64,000 bases of DNA from an uncultured Caulobacterales bacterium (GTDB lineage: Bacteria > Pseudomonadota > Alphaproteobacteria > Caulobacterales > Maricaulaceae), in NCBI GenBank assembly GCA_964571595.1, contig CAZNCJ010000002.1, positions 13,321 through 77,320 of the forward strand. The letters are read 5' to 3'. The translations under genes were made by a program, and so were the position numbers. Numbering within the stretch: position 1 is the first letter of the stretch; each line of letters begins with the position of its first letter. Below, one piece after another: positions 1 to 9,667 of this stretch. The notes under the pieces were generated by a model. That model had not been told where the DNA came from. It saw nothing but the letters and a program-made list of their open reading frames with translations, and ran no database searches.

Positions 1-221
1 AGATAAAGGAATTGATTGATCTTCGTGTCCGTCCGGCGGTTGCTCAAGACGGCGGTGATATTGTGTTCCAGCATTTTGATGATCAGGACGGCACGGTTTT
101 CTTACAAATGCGCGGAGCCTGTGCGGGCTGCCCAAGTTCGACCATGACCTTGAAATCCGGCATTGAAAATCTGTTGAAACATTATGTGCCTGAAGTCGTC
201 CGCGTCGAACAAGCGCTCTAG
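1..221 (+). CDS. NifU/Nfu-family Fe-S cluster protein, C-terminal part (5' end lies outside the window)
   Basis: The reading frame is open to the left window edge. The translation 'GGDIVF...MRGACAGCPSSTMTLKSGIENLL' matches the NifU C-terminal CxxC domain. Confidence 0.8.
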   Translation, partial: IKELIDLRVRPAVAQDGGDIVFQHFDDQDGTVFLQMRGACAGCPSSTMTLKSGIENLLKHYVPEVVRVEQAL

Positions 222-265
222 CTCTGTTGATTCTGTAATAGTAATACTGGCACGTTTCGATCTGT

Positions 266-898
266 ATGAATATATTAGGCATAGATACAACGGGCCCTTA
301 TTGTAGTGCAGCCATTGTAGATGAGGCTTGTATTCTGGCCCATCAATCTGAAAATATCGGACGCGGCCATGCCGAGAGGCTCGCACCCATGGTCGATGAT
401 ATTTTAGGTAAGGCGAAACTCACCCCAAACCAGATTGACAAAATAAGTGTCTGCACTGGGCCGGGCAGTTTCACCGGTATTCGTGTGGCGCTTGCTTTTG
501 CCAAAGGTTTTGCCTTGCCCCGTAATATCCCCGTGATTGGGATTAATGCTTTAGATGTCACAGCCCAGCTTGTCAGCACGGACTATCAGGACCGCAGGGT
601 CGGTGTTTACAGAGATATTCGTAGGGACGAAGTTTATTTCGGGGTCTATAGAAATGGGCACCTTTCAGAGCCGCTCGAGGTCATGTCACTTGATATGGCC
701 GAAGCTAAGACCTATCGATTGCAAACCGGCCTGATTGAGAGCCATATTCCAAACACGCCAATATTGGCGTGGCTGGCGGCAGAGCGCTCATCTCTGGATC
801 ATCCGGCCGCGCCGTTTTATTCGCGCCCGCCTGATGCAAAATTGCCTGAAGCCAAATTGCCTGATACCAATCGTTCTGGTGGAAAAAATCCGGCGTGA
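266..898 (+). CDS. tsaB: tRNA threonylcarbamoyladenosine (t6A) biosynthesis protein TsaB (YeaZ)
   Basis: The motifs 'ILGIDTTGPYCSAAIV' and 'CTGPGSFTGIRV' are typical of TsaB. It overlaps the downstream GNAT gene by 4 nt, the usual tsaB-rimI arrangement. Confidence 0.85.
   Translation: MNILGIDTTGPYCSAAIVDEACILAHQSENIGRGHAERLAPMVDDILGKAKLTPNQIDKISVCTGPGSFTGIRVALAFAKGFALPRNIPVIGINALDVTAQLVSTDYQDRRVGVYRDIRRDEVYFGVYRNGHLSEPLEVMSLDMAEAKTYRLQTGLIESHIPNTPILAWLAAERSSLDHPAAPFYSRPPDAKLPEAKLPDTNRSGGKNPA
836..865 (+). repeat. 15-nt tandem duplication (x2) inside the tsaB 3' region
   Basis: The units gcaaaattgcctgaa and gccaaattgcctgat are adjacent and encode AKLPE/AKLPD in frame. Confidence 0.9.
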
Positions 899-1347
899 CG
901 CAAATAGATATAAAGCCCATAGGGCCCAAAGCGGCCAAGGCGCTTGCTCAAATCCACGCACAGAGTTTTGATAAGGGCTGGTCAGAGCAGGATTTCAAAA
1001 CCCATATTGCGCAGGATTTGACTTTGGGTGTTTGGCAGGCAGAGCAACTGGCAGGTTTTATCATCTTACGCTGCGTTGCAGATCAGGCCGAAATTATAAC
1101 TATTGCGATTTCGCCTTCATGTCGCGGCCAAGGCTTGGGCGCGCACTTATTAGAGGCGGCAGAGGCGGCGGTGAAATTACGCGGGGTGGAGATTGTTTTT
1201 CTGGAAGTCGCTGAAGATAATCCCTTTGCTATTCGCCTTTATAGGGGCGCGGCTTATAACCCTATTGGCAGGCGGCCCGCTTATTACCGGCGCGCAGAGG
1301 GGCGTGTGGCCGCGTTAAATTTTTCGAAAAACCTTATGGCAGGCTAA
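895..1347 (+). CDS. rimI: Ribosomal-protein-alanine N-acetyltransferase (GNAT family)
   Basis: It carries the GNAT acetyl-CoA motif 'RGQGLGAHLL' and sits in the conserved position immediately after tsaB. A GTG start is inferred. Confidence 0.75.
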   Translation: MTQIDIKPIGPKAAKALAQIHAQSFDKGWSEQDFKTHIAQDLTLGVWQAEQLAGFIILRCVADQAEIITIAISPSCRGQGLGAHLLEAAEAAVKLRGVEIVFLEVAEDNPFAIRLYRGAAYNPIGRRPAYYRRAEGRVAALNFSKNLMAG

Positions 1348-1469
1348 AAATTAAGCGCGGGACGGGCGATAGTCCCCAGATTTTAAATCTATTTAACCTC
1401 GCTCCCTAGACGCTTGTATATTATCAGGCTAAAAAGTCTGCAATTATTTGGAAAGTTCTAAAGAGAGAT

Positions 1470-1880
1470 ATGCCTAGCTGGATCGAAGAAAAATGTTCTG
1501 AGCGCGGATTGCGTATGACGGATCAACGCCGCGTTATTGCGCAGGTTTTGGCAAAGTCAGAAGATCATCCTGACGCCGAGGAGCTTTATGCGCGTGCAGC
1601 ATCGGTCGATCCCAAAATTTCTCTGGCCACAGTTTATAGAACCGTGAGGCTTTTTTCCGATGCAGGGATTATTGAAACCCATGACTTTCGGGACGGGCGC
1701 GCGCGTTATGAAACAGCTGACGCCGAACATCATGACCACCTCATTGATGTTTCAACTGGTGACGTGATTGAATTTGTCGATGACGAAATAGAAGCCTTAC
1801 AGCACAAAATTGCTGAAAAGCTCGGCTATGAGCTGGTCGATCACCGCCTTGAATTATACGGTAAGAAGAAAAAGGTCTAA
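1470..1880 (+). CDS. fur: Fur-family metal-responsive transcriptional regulator
   Basis: It has a winged-helix 'ISLATVYRTVRLF' and the metal-site motif 'HHDHLID'. It is 136 aa and lacks C-terminal CxxC pairs. Confidence 0.8.
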   Translation: MPSWIEEKCSERGLRMTDQRRVIAQVLAKSEDHPDAEELYARAASVDPKISLATVYRTVRLFSDAGIIETHDFRDGRARYETADAEHHDHLIDVSTGDVIEFVDDEIEALQHKIAEKLGYELVDHRLELYGKKKKV

Positions 1881-2011
1881 CGCCTCTTACCGCCTTAGTG
1901 GTCTTATCTTCACACCCCAAAAGCGAGAAAAGTGAAATTATTTCGCCTGATGGGCGTTATTTGGCACTGATCTTGCGTGGCACTGTCTGAAAATTTCGGA
2001 GGTGTCGAAAA

Positions 2012-2464
2012 ATGAAACATAGTCATAAAAAATATCTCAAAAGTCTGTCCTTAAGCTGTGTCATGGGCGCGGGTCTTCTCTGGGGCGGGGCCGCTTTGGC
2101 GCAGCCTGCTATGACGGCTAGCCCGCTCATCGCGGCGAATGCTCAGATGCAAACCTCACAGATCACGACACCTATGGCCGCTCTGGGCCTGAGTGTTCAG
2201 CCGGCAAAGGCTAATGTGCAAGTCGGATCACAAATAAGCTGGCAGAGCCTTAAACATCAAAGCGCGCGTAAAACAGTTGAAGTGCGCCGAAGTCTGCGCC
2301 GCGGTATAAAAAAGGCTGCCGCCACAATTCCCGGTGTAAGCGCGTTTAAATGGGCCGACAGAAATATGGGTATGCCGGCTATTATGCTGATTTTTGCCAT
2401 GTTCTTTGTCTTCGGACTTTTAATGATGTCAGGCCCGCTTTCACGTACGGGTGGTCATCACTAA
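2012..2464 (+). CDS. Hypothetical exported protein with a C-terminal membrane anchor
   Basis: It has an N-terminal signal-like segment 'LSLSCVMGAGLLWGGAALAQP' and a C-terminal hydrophobic helix 'PAIMLIFAMFFVFGLLMM'. I recognised no family. Confidence 0.45.
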   Translation: MKHSHKKYLKSLSLSCVMGAGLLWGGAALAQPAMTASPLIAANAQMQTSQITTPMAALGLSVQPAKANVQVGSQISWQSLKHQSARKTVEVRRSLRRGIKKAAATIPGVSAFKWADRNMGMPAIMLIFAMFFVFGLLMMSGPLSRTGGHH

Positions 2465-2569
2465 GGCTAAATCCTCGCATTGGGACAGGCAGGCCGCTTG
2501 TCCCCAAATCTATTGCACATAAGCGGATAACCCCTTATAGGGCTCTCACAATTTAAATGTGAGATCATT

Positions 2570-4096
2570 ATGACCGTCCTGTTACCGCGCGATGAAAACG
2601 CGTCCCGTAACTCAGTGTCTAACTCTGGCGCTCCAAAGGCTGCGAAAGCAGGCAAGGGGGGCAAAGTTACACCACCAAATTCCAATGTGATGTCCAAAAC
2701 ATCGCAATCTGATCGCGATATTGACACGCCTGTCATCGCAACCGCCAACACAGCTAAAGACAAAAAGCCGACCAAAAAGGTTTTTATCAAAACCTATGGC
2801 TGCCAGATGAATGTCTATGATAGTGAGCGCATGGCAGATGTGTTGGCCCCCATTGGCTACGGGCCTGTCGAAAGCCCCGAGGCGGCGGATCTGGTGATCC
2901 TCAATACGTGCCATATACGCGAAAAAGCGGCCGAGAAAGTCTATTCAGAGCTTGGCCGTATTCGCAAATATAAAGAAAAGAACAAACCTGATATGAAGGT
3001 CGCCGTGGCCGGCTGTGTTGCCCAAGCCGAGGGCGAGGAGATTATGCGCCGCGCCCCGGTTGTGGATATGGTGCTTGGCCCGCAGACCTATCATAAACTG
3101 CCTGAAATGATCGCACGTGTCACGCGCGAGACGGGTGATGTTCTCGAGACGGAATTTGACACGCTGGAAAAATTTGACGCCCTGCCAGAGACACGCCGCC
3201 CGAAAGGCTTTTCTGCCTTTCTAACCATCCAAGAAGGCTGTGATAAATTTTGTACCTTTTGTGTGGTGCCTTATACGCGCGGGGCGGAAGTTTCGCGGCC
3301 TGTCAACCAGATCGTGGCCGAGGCGCGCAGTCTGGCCGCCCAAGGCGTGCGCGAAATTACGCTTATCGGACAAAATGTAGATGCCTATAGAGCCGACGGG
3401 CCGGACGGTACGTCTTGGGGTTTAGGCGAGCTGATCTCTCATATCGCGCTTATAGGCGGGGTGGAGCGGATACGGTTTACCACCTCCCATCCGCGTGATA
3501 TGGATGACGGCTTGATCGCGACATTGGGCGCGGAAAAAAAGCTCATGCCCTATTTGCATCTGCCGATACAGGCTGGTTCAGATAAAGTCTTGCGCGCGAT
3601 GAACCGCGGTCATACCTACGCAGACTATAAGGTCCTTATCGAGAAAATCCGCACCGCCCGCCCTGATATTGCCTTGTCTGGGGATTTCATTGTCGGTTTT
3701 CCCGGTGAAACCGATTCTGATTTCGAGCAAACTATGAATTGCGTCGAGGAGATCGGCTATGCCAGCTCTTTCTCGTTTAAATATTCCGTGCGTCCCGGCA
3801 CGCCAGCTGCGAGCTTGGCCCGCCAAGTGCCAGAGGATGTCAAAGCCGCGCGTCTTATCCGTTTGCAAGATTTGTTATATCATCAGCAAAAAGCCTTTAA
3901 TGAGAGCCTGATCGGGAAGACCTTGGCTGTGCTGGTTGAAAATGGCGGCCGCGATGACGGGCAACTCTTTGGCCGCGCCCCTTATCTCCAAGGTACGCAT
4001 TTTAATGGCCCTGAAAATCTCGTCGGTCAGATCGTCCCAGTCCTGATTACGGGTGCTGGGCGTAACTCGCTTAAGGGCCAATGGAGTGGAGAGTGA
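2570..4096 (+). CDS. miaB: tRNA-2-methylthio-N6-dimethylallyladenosine synthase MiaB
   Basis: It has '[15 protein letters not shown]' and the radical-SAM motif '[11 protein letters not shown]', plus a C-terminal TRAM-like region. The true start may be the ATG at 2690. Either start leaves a low-complexity N-terminal extension. Confidence 0.9.
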   Translation: MTVLLPRDENASRNSVSNSGAPKAAKAGKGGKVTPPNSNVMSKTSQSDRDIDTPVIATANTAKDKKPTKKVFIKTYGCQMNVYDSERMADVLAPIGYGPVESPEAADLVILNTCHIREKAAEKVYSELGRIRKYKEKNKPDMKVAVAGCVAQAEGEEIMRRAPVVDMVLGPQTYHKLPEMIARVTRETGDVLETEFDTLEKFDALPETRRPKGFSAFLTIQEGCDKFCTFCVVPYTRGAEVSRPVNQIVAEARSLAAQGVREITLIGQNVDAYRADGPDGTSWGLGELISHIALIGGVERIRFTTSHPRDMDDGLIATLGAEKKLMPYLHLPIQAGSDKVLRAMNRGHTYADYKVLIEKIRTARPDIALSGDFIVGFPGETDSDFEQTMNCVEEIGYASSFSFKYSVRPGTPAASLARQVPEDVKAARLIRLQDLLYHQQKAFNESLIGKTLAVLVENGGRDDGQLFGRAPYLQGTHFNGPENLVGQIVPVLITGAGRNSLKGQWSGE

Positions 4097-4100
4097 ATTT

Positions 4101-4490
4101 ATGACAAAAATGCCTATACCCTTAGTCACGAATGACGGCGCCGGGGCGTCCGTTTTTGCTCAAAGCGAGATAGAGCTAACGGGAGAGATGACACGCTATT
4201 TGTCAGATCAAATCGGGGCGGTGAATTTTCGTCTTCGGGAAAGTCACGGGTATAAATCAGATTATCATTGCGCGGGGGACCCCACATTATTGATCGTGCT
4301 TTCTGGCCAAATTCGTATTGAGCTTGTCTCGGGAGAGGACAGGGTTTTTAAGGCTGGCGATCTTTATGTGGCACAAGACTATATTCAGGACGGCGTTGCA
4401 TTTGATAGAACCATACACGGTCACCGGGCCGAGCAGATAGGTGATACACCCTACCGGGCCGTCCATATAAAATTGCAAGAACGCCTTTAA
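4101..4490 (+). CDS. Hypothetical cupin-like small protein
   Basis: The start was placed at ATG 4101, just after the miaB stop (4094-4096). The beta-rich stretch 'LLIVLSGQIRIELVSGEDRVFKAGDLYVAQD' resembles a cupin barrel. This assignment is weak. Confidence 0.5.
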   Translation: MTKMPIPLVTNDGAGASVFAQSEIELTGEMTRYLSDQIGAVNFRLRESHGYKSDYHCAGDPTLLIVLSGQIRIELVSGEDRVFKAGDLYVAQDYIQDGVAFDRTIHGHRAEQIGDTPYRAVHIKLQERL

Positions 4491-4577
4491 GTCCACCCCA
4501 GAAGGGACCAGCCTAGACCTTCAACCTGTTTCGCGATATTCAGTTACTATGCAGACCTTCATTGGCGATAAGCCCTC

Positions 4578-4991
4578 ATGACCCTTGCTTTTATATGCTA
4601 CGCTCTGGCCACGGCTTTCGTTCTTTTAATGGGCCTTGTCTATGCGTTTAAATCCAGCCTGATGCCCTACCACATGCAAGCTATGGAACGTCAGTGGGAG
4701 GACATAGAGCCAAAATTGCGTTTCATGCTAAAGGTCTTATTTAACGGCGGCGGTTTCTTTGGTCTCTCGACAGGTCTGTTCATGCTCGTCTTATTGCTGA
4801 TACCTTTTAAGGCGGGGGCGGCTTGGGCAGGCTATGCCATTGGCGGGATTGGTCTGGTCGGTGCGCTGCCATTAACCCGTATCGTCTATCAGGTTAAGAA
4901 GAACACGGCAGGTAACCCCCCGCTTTTAGCCATGCTTATTCTCAATCTCTTGCTTATAGCCGGTTTGGCTTTTTCTATACTGGGTTATTGA
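4578..4991 (+). CDS. Hypothetical integral membrane protein (about 4 TM helices)
   Basis: Four hydrophobic segments are visible in the translation. I recognised no family. Confidence 0.5.
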   Translation: MTLAFICYALATAFVLLMGLVYAFKSSLMPYHMQAMERQWEDIEPKLRFMLKVLFNGGGFFGLSTGLFMLVLLLIPFKAGAAWAGYAIGGIGLVGALPLTRIVYQVKKNTAGNPPLLAMLILNLLLIAGLAFSILGY

Positions 4992-5040
4992 GTGTATTTG
5001 CCATTGGCACAGACGGTTTGAAGGGCTAGGTAGCTATTAT

Positions 5041-6012
5041 ATGAGTAAACAAACCGATATTTTAGAATTTGATGATCCTGATCTGGTGCGCAAATTATGC
5101 GGGGCGGGTCATGCTCATCTCGCCCTCATCGAGGAGGCGCTTGATGTCTATGTCGAGGCGCCGGGTTCTAGTGTGCATATTAATGGGGATACGCCTTCGC
5201 GCGCGCGCGCCGGAGAGCTGATCCGTGAGATTTATCAACGCCTAGAGCGCGGCTGGCCGTGCGGGGCTTCTGACATCAGGGCTTTGATAAAGGCGATGGG
5301 TAAAGGTCAAGTCAAAGCCGCAGCTGTAGACGCGATAATTCCGTTTCCGCGCCGCGCCCCGATTGTGCCTAAAACACCGCGTCAGGAAAAATTTATTCAT
5401 GCCTTACGCGATGAAACTATAATATTCGGCGTGGGGCCAGCGGGTACGGGGAAAACCTTTCTGGCAACTGCGCACGGGGCTTCCCTGCTGGCGCGCGGCG
5501 AGGTCGCCAAATTTATTGCGTGTCGTCCGGCTGTCGAGGCGGGGGAAAGACTTGGCTTCCTGCCCGGTGATCTAAACGAGAAGGTCGATCCTTATATGCA
5601 GCCGATCTGGGACGCGTTGCATATGGTTTTAGGACGTGATGAGGTCGAGCGCCGCAGGGCGGCTGGCGATATTGAAGTTGCACCTCTGGCCTTTATGCGC
5701 GGGCGGACATTATCGGATGCTTTTGTCGTGATCGACGAGGCTCAAAACGCAACCATACCGCAAATGAAAATGGTCTTAACCCGACTGGGCGAGCGGGCAA
5801 AATATGCCGTCACAGGCGATCCGACACAATCTGATCTGCCCCGCGGGGTGACATCCGGTCTGGCCCATGCCCTCAAGATTTTGAAAAATATAAAAGGTAT
5901 TTCGCAGATCGAATTTCTTGCCTCTGATGTTGTGCGCCATCCTTTGGTTGGTAAAATTGTCAATGCTTATGAAAAAGATGCCAAGACCGCCCTTGGTAAA
6001 CCGGACGGTTAA
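5041..6012 (+). CDS. phoH: PhoH-family ATPase (YbeZ-like)
   Basis: It has the Walker A motif 'GPAGTGKT' and PhoH signatures 'DEAQN' and 'TGDPTQSDL'. It sits in the conserved position upstream of ybeY. Confidence 0.9.
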   Translation: MSKQTDILEFDDPDLVRKLCGAGHAHLALIEEALDVYVEAPGSSVHINGDTPSRARAGELIREIYQRLERGWPCGASDIRALIKAMGKGQVKAAAVDAIIPFPRRAPIVPKTPRQEKFIHALRDETIIFGVGPAGTGKTFLATAHGASLLARGEVAKFIACRPAVEAGERLGFLPGDLNEKVDPYMQPIWDALHMVLGRDEVERRRAAGDIEVAPLAFMRGRTLSDAFVVIDEAQNATIPQMKMVLTRLGERAKYAVTGDPTQSDLPRGVTSGLAHALKILKNIKGISQIEFLASDVVRHPLVGKIVNAYEKDAKTALGKPDG

Positions 6013-6041
6013 AGGGTAGTATAGATAGGACATTTAATTCC

Positions 6042-6548
6042 TTGTCTTTACATATTGATATCACTGTAATGGAGCCCCGCTGGTCGGATGTTTTGCCCGA
6101 GCTTGAAACCGGGTTTGAGAAAGCGCGCGTGGCTATTTTGGAGGCGCTTAATGTGCCAGACCAAGGAGAGTTGAGTGTCGCCCTTATGAACGACCTTGGT
6201 ATTCAGGCGCTTAATAAAGCCTATCGGGGCAAGGATAAAGCGACCAATGTATTGTCTTTCCCCGTAATAAAGCCGCGTGAAGGGGCGGGCATACCGCAAG
6301 ACCAGAACGAGCATCCGGCTTTGCTTCTGGGCGATATTGTACTGGCATATGAGACAATACTGCGCGAAGCTGATGATAAATCCGTGTCATTTTTGGCGCA
6401 TTGTTTGCACCTATTTGTGCATGGGTTTTTACATTTACTAGGCTATGATCACGATACAGACGCCAAGGCCGAGAGCATGGAGGCCCTTGAGATTGACCTC
6501 TTAGAAGGCTTAGGCATTGACAATCCCTATGAAATTAATAGGCCTTAA
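6042..6548 (+). CDS. ybeY: rRNA maturation endoribonuclease YbeY
   Basis: It carries the zinc-binding motif 'HGFLHLLGYDH'. A non-ATG start (TTG) is inferred. Confidence 0.9.
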   Translation: MSLHIDITVMEPRWSDVLPELETGFEKARVAILEALNVPDQGELSVALMNDLGIQALNKAYRGKDKATNVLSFPVIKPREGAGIPQDQNEHPALLLGDIVLAYETILREADDKSVSFLAHCLHLFVHGFLHLLGYDHDTDAKAESMEALEIDLLEGLGIDNPYEINRP

Positions 6549-6550
6549 GC

Positions 6551-7453
6551 ATGGAGGGTTCCTCGGAAAAGATGTCTTGGATTAAAAAGCTGTTTGGCGG
6601 CGCAGATGAAGTTGAGCTTTCAGAGGGTGGCAAAATAGGCCTTAAATCTGGCAAAGCTGCTATTAAAGCTAAAGAGAGCATGATCAGCGCGGCTGAAGAA
6701 TTTCAGCATTTACGTGTCGAAGACGTAATGGTGCCTCGGGCCGATATTGTCGCTACAGAAAATATTGCCAGCCTAAAACAGCTCTCCACCGCCTTTAAGG
6801 ATGCAGGCCATTCACGCCTGCCCGTTTATAAGGGCACATTGGATGATCCTATGGGCATGGTGCATATCAAGGATTTGCTGCCCTTTTTATTATTTGATGC
6901 CAAAGGGCGGGGGGCTAAAAAATATCCGGAAAAGCAGGTAATTTCACAAATCCTCAGACCGGTTATTTATGTCCCGCCTTCAATGTTGGCCCAAGACCTG
7001 CTGACGCGGATGCAGGCTCACCGTATTCATATGGCCATTGTGGTTGACGAATATGGCGGTACGGACGGGCTTGTGACGCTCGAAGACCTGGTTGAGCCTA
7101 TCGTCGGTGATATTGAAGATGAGCATGATGATGCCGAGCCGGAAGTTATGAAAACTACTGAACAAGGCGGGAAAGCGGTCTGGGAAGCGGATGCGCGTAT
7201 TACCATTGATGATTTTGAAGAAGCCTTGGGCCGTGATTTTGCAACAGCCGATGAGGAAGATGACGTTGATACTCTGGGCGGTCTGGTCTTTACACTTGCC
7301 GGGCGTGTGCCTGAACGCGGGGAGGTGATCCGCCATCCTGACGGGGTTGAGTTTGAAGTCATTGATGCGGATCCGCGCCGGGTCAAGCGCCTTAAAATCC
7401 GTGTCGCTTCAGGCGCTGCCACCGCACGCGATACCACTCATAAGCCCAGCTGA
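6551..7453 (+). CDS. corC: CBS-pair / CorC_HlyC domain protein (CorC/YbeX-type, magnesium/cobalt efflux associated)
   Basis: It has a CBS-pair region followed by a transporter-associated C-terminal domain, with no DUF21 membrane part. It sits in the conserved ybeY-corC-lnt position. Confidence 0.85.
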   Translation: MEGSSEKMSWIKKLFGGADEVELSEGGKIGLKSGKAAIKAKESMISAAEEFQHLRVEDVMVPRADIVATENIASLKQLSTAFKDAGHSRLPVYKGTLDDPMGMVHIKDLLPFLLFDAKGRGAKKYPEKQVISQILRPVIYVPPSMLAQDLLTRMQAHRIHMAIVVDEYGGTDGLVTLEDLVEPIVGDIEDEHDDAEPEVMKTTEQGGKAVWEADARITIDDFEEALGRDFATADEEDDVDTLGGLVFTLAGRVPERGEVIRHPDGVEFEVIDADPRRVKRLKIRVASGAATARDTTHKPS

Positions 7454-7462
7454 CGTATAAGG

Positions 7463-9121
7463 GTGAGCACGCAGTCCCATATTAAAGATATTGCGGGAAA
7501 TGAAAATCCGGTGAGTTGGCCGCTTTACACGCTTTTGACAGTGCGAGGTTGGCGAGGGCGGATACTGGATATTGCTTTGGGAGCTTTGGCGGTTTTAGGT
7601 CAAGCGCCGTTCCATTTGTGGGGCGTTATGCTGATCGTCTTGGCGCTTTTAAAGCTAAGGCTGGATTATATGCGTTTGGAAGAGGGCCGGCCGGCCGGCC
7701 GTGCCTTTTATATTGCTGGACGGTTTGGCTTTGGTTATTTTCTTTTCGGCCTGTTCTGGATTGGCTCTGCCTTTATCGCCAGAGGCCCCGCCTTTATCCC
7801 CCTCATGCCACCCATGATTATAGGACTGGCTTTATTATTGGCCCTGTTTTGGGCCGTAGCAGGCTATTTTTATAAAGGCTCACGGCTCGGAGCTTTTGGT
7901 TCAGCCATTGCTTTTACGGCCTTGTTTAGTTTGGCCGAATTTGGGCGGGGCCATATTTTATCGGGCTTGCCATGGAATTTGACGGGCTATATATTTCCCG
8001 CAGGTGGGCAAATCTCTCAAAATGCTGCTTATATCGGAGTTTACGGGCTGACATGTCTGGTCTTTCTTATCTCGGCCGCGCTTTCATCCATCGTTTTCGC
8101 GCGCCGTAAACCGCGCTTGATCTGGGGGCCCGTTCTGGCGTGCGGACTTATCTTAGCTTTGTTTGTAAGTGGTCAAGCCCGTCTTTCGGGGGCAAAGATT
8201 AACTATGTGGACGGGGTGAAGCTGCGGATTGCGCAAGTGCCATTTGATCAAAAGGATAAGCTGGACGCGCAAAAATCCGTTGAGATCGTCAATCAATTCC
8301 TTGAAGTGTCTTTACGTGACGGGCTGGGGGATATTAGTCATATTATATGGCCCGAAGGGGCGGTTAACGGGCTTGTCTTACGCAATAGGTCGCTCATCGC
8401 CAGTTTTGGCCAAGCCTTGATCGCGCGTACGCCAGAGCCGCCCGTCTGGCTTTTGCAGACCTTACGTCATGAACAAAAACCTTTTGAGAGTGATGACGAG
8501 GCCACGCGTGTTGTGGACCAGTATTATAACAGTTCAGCTGCTATTACATTTGATGGTCAAGGCAATGCCCAATTAGCCGCGTTTAGCGATAAGTCCAAAT
8601 TAGTGCCTTTTGGAGAATTTATACCGGGCGGTAAATTGGCAGAACGGCTCGGCTTTAAAACACTATCTACTGTTTTAGCTTCTCTTAGCCCGGGCCAACA
8701 AAAAGAGAATTCTGACTATCCGGGACTGCCCCGCGTGAGCGCGCAAATTTGCTACGAAATTATTTTTCCGGGCCTGACCCCGCGCTCCAAAACCGCGCCG
8801 GCTCAGTGGATATTAAATCAATCAAATGATGCGTGGTATGGGCGCTCAATTGGGCCGCACCAACATTTCAATCAAGCCCGTTACCGGGCTATAGAAGAGG
8901 GGCTTCCCCTCATTAGAGCGGCCTCAAATGGTCTATCTGGCGCAGTTGACCCCTATGGTCGGGTACTCAAACAAGCTGGGGCACGTGAAAATATCGCCTT
9001 AGACGTGCGTTTGCCCAAATCAATAAAGCCTGTAGTAGAAATATCCGTGATATCAATTTTTCTTCTCTTGATAATTTTATTCTTCTCAATACTATATGCA
9101 AGGGATGGGAAGGGCTATTGA
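7463..9121 (+). CDS. lnt: Apolipoprotein N-acyltransferase
   Basis: It has a multi-TM N-terminal half and a carbon-nitrogen hydrolase domain containing 'ICYEIIFP'. A GTG start is inferred. Confidence 0.85.
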   Translation: MSTQSHIKDIAGNENPVSWPLYTLLTVRGWRGRILDIALGALAVLGQAPFHLWGVMLIVLALLKLRLDYMRLEEGRPAGRAFYIAGRFGFGYFLFGLFWIGSAFIARGPAFIPLMPPMIIGLALLLALFWAVAGYFYKGSRLGAFGSAIAFTALFSLAEFGRGHILSGLPWNLTGYIFPAGGQISQNAAYIGVYGLTCLVFLISAALSSIVFARRKPRLIWGPVLACGLILALFVSGQARLSGAKINYVDGVKLRIAQVPFDQKDKLDAQKSVEIVNQFLEVSLRDGLGDISHIIWPEGAVNGLVLRNRSLIASFGQALIARTPEPPVWLLQTLRHEQKPFESDDEATRVVDQYYNSSAAITFDGQGNAQLAAFSDKSKLVPFGEFIPGGKLAERLGFKTLSTVLASLSPGQQKENSDYPGLPRVSAQICYEIIFPGLTPRSKTAPAQWILNQSNDAWYGRSIGPHQHFNQARYRAIEEGLPLIRAASNGLSGAVDPYGRVLKQAGARENIALDVRLPKSIKPVVEISVISIFLLLIILFFSILYARDGKGY

Positions 9122-9196
9122 ACTGATAGTCTAAATTAAACTGTTCTGTACAAAGGTGGGGGGCACCGAAGCACCGAACATTACAGAGGATGAAAA

Positions 9197-9619
9197 ATGA
9201 AATCCAAACATGCACCGCGGTCTCCGAACCCGGTCGATATTCATGTGGGAACACGCGTAAGACTTAGACGACAAATTTTAAAAATGAGCCAAGAAAAACT
9301 TGGTGACAGTCTGGGTGTGACGTTTCAACAAGTGCAAAAATATGAACGCGGTTCAAACCGCGTTGGCGCAAGCCGTCTATGGAAGATGTCTCAGGTTTTA
9401 GAAGTACCTGTGGCCTTCTTCTTTGAGGGCTTGGGTGAAAAAATGCAAAGTCTTGAATTTGCAGAAAATGATCAAATGCCTATTGTATATGATTTTATAA
9501 ACAGCTCGGACGGTGTCGCTTTGGCCACGGCTGTTTCAAAAATCAAAAGCAAGGCTGTGCGTCGTAAAATTCTTGAACTTGCCAGATCTCTGGCCAAGGA
9601 TGATGCTGAAGACGAATAG
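9197..9619 (+). CDS. XRE-family helix-turn-helix transcriptional regulator
   Basis: The HTH_3 motif 'MSQEKLGDSLGVTFQQVQKYERGSNRV' is present. Confidence 0.8.
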   Translation: MKSKHAPRSPNPVDIHVGTRVRLRRQILKMSQEKLGDSLGVTFQQVQKYERGSNRVGASRLWKMSQVLEVPVAFFFEGLGEKMQSLEFAENDQMPIVYDFINSSDGVALATAVSKIKSKAVRRKILELARSLAKDDAEDE

Positions 9620-9667
9620 ATAGAGATTTTATCTTTACAGGATTTATTTTGCGGCTATTGAAAAGGC

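Noticed and set aside
1381-1469. Possible Fur box (ttgtatattatca / tgcaattattt) upstream of fur, suggesting autoregulation.
   Set aside because: It is only a loose resemblance to the GATAATGATAATCATTATC-type consensus in an AT-rich stretch. It cannot be supported without a position weight matrix scan or comparative data.
9197-9619. An XRE-family HTH protein as a possible antitoxin or prophage repressor.
   Set aside because: There is no adjacent small toxin-like ORF and there are no phage genes. The gene sits in a conserved lnt-HTH-trmB core context, which is typical of a chromosomal regulator.
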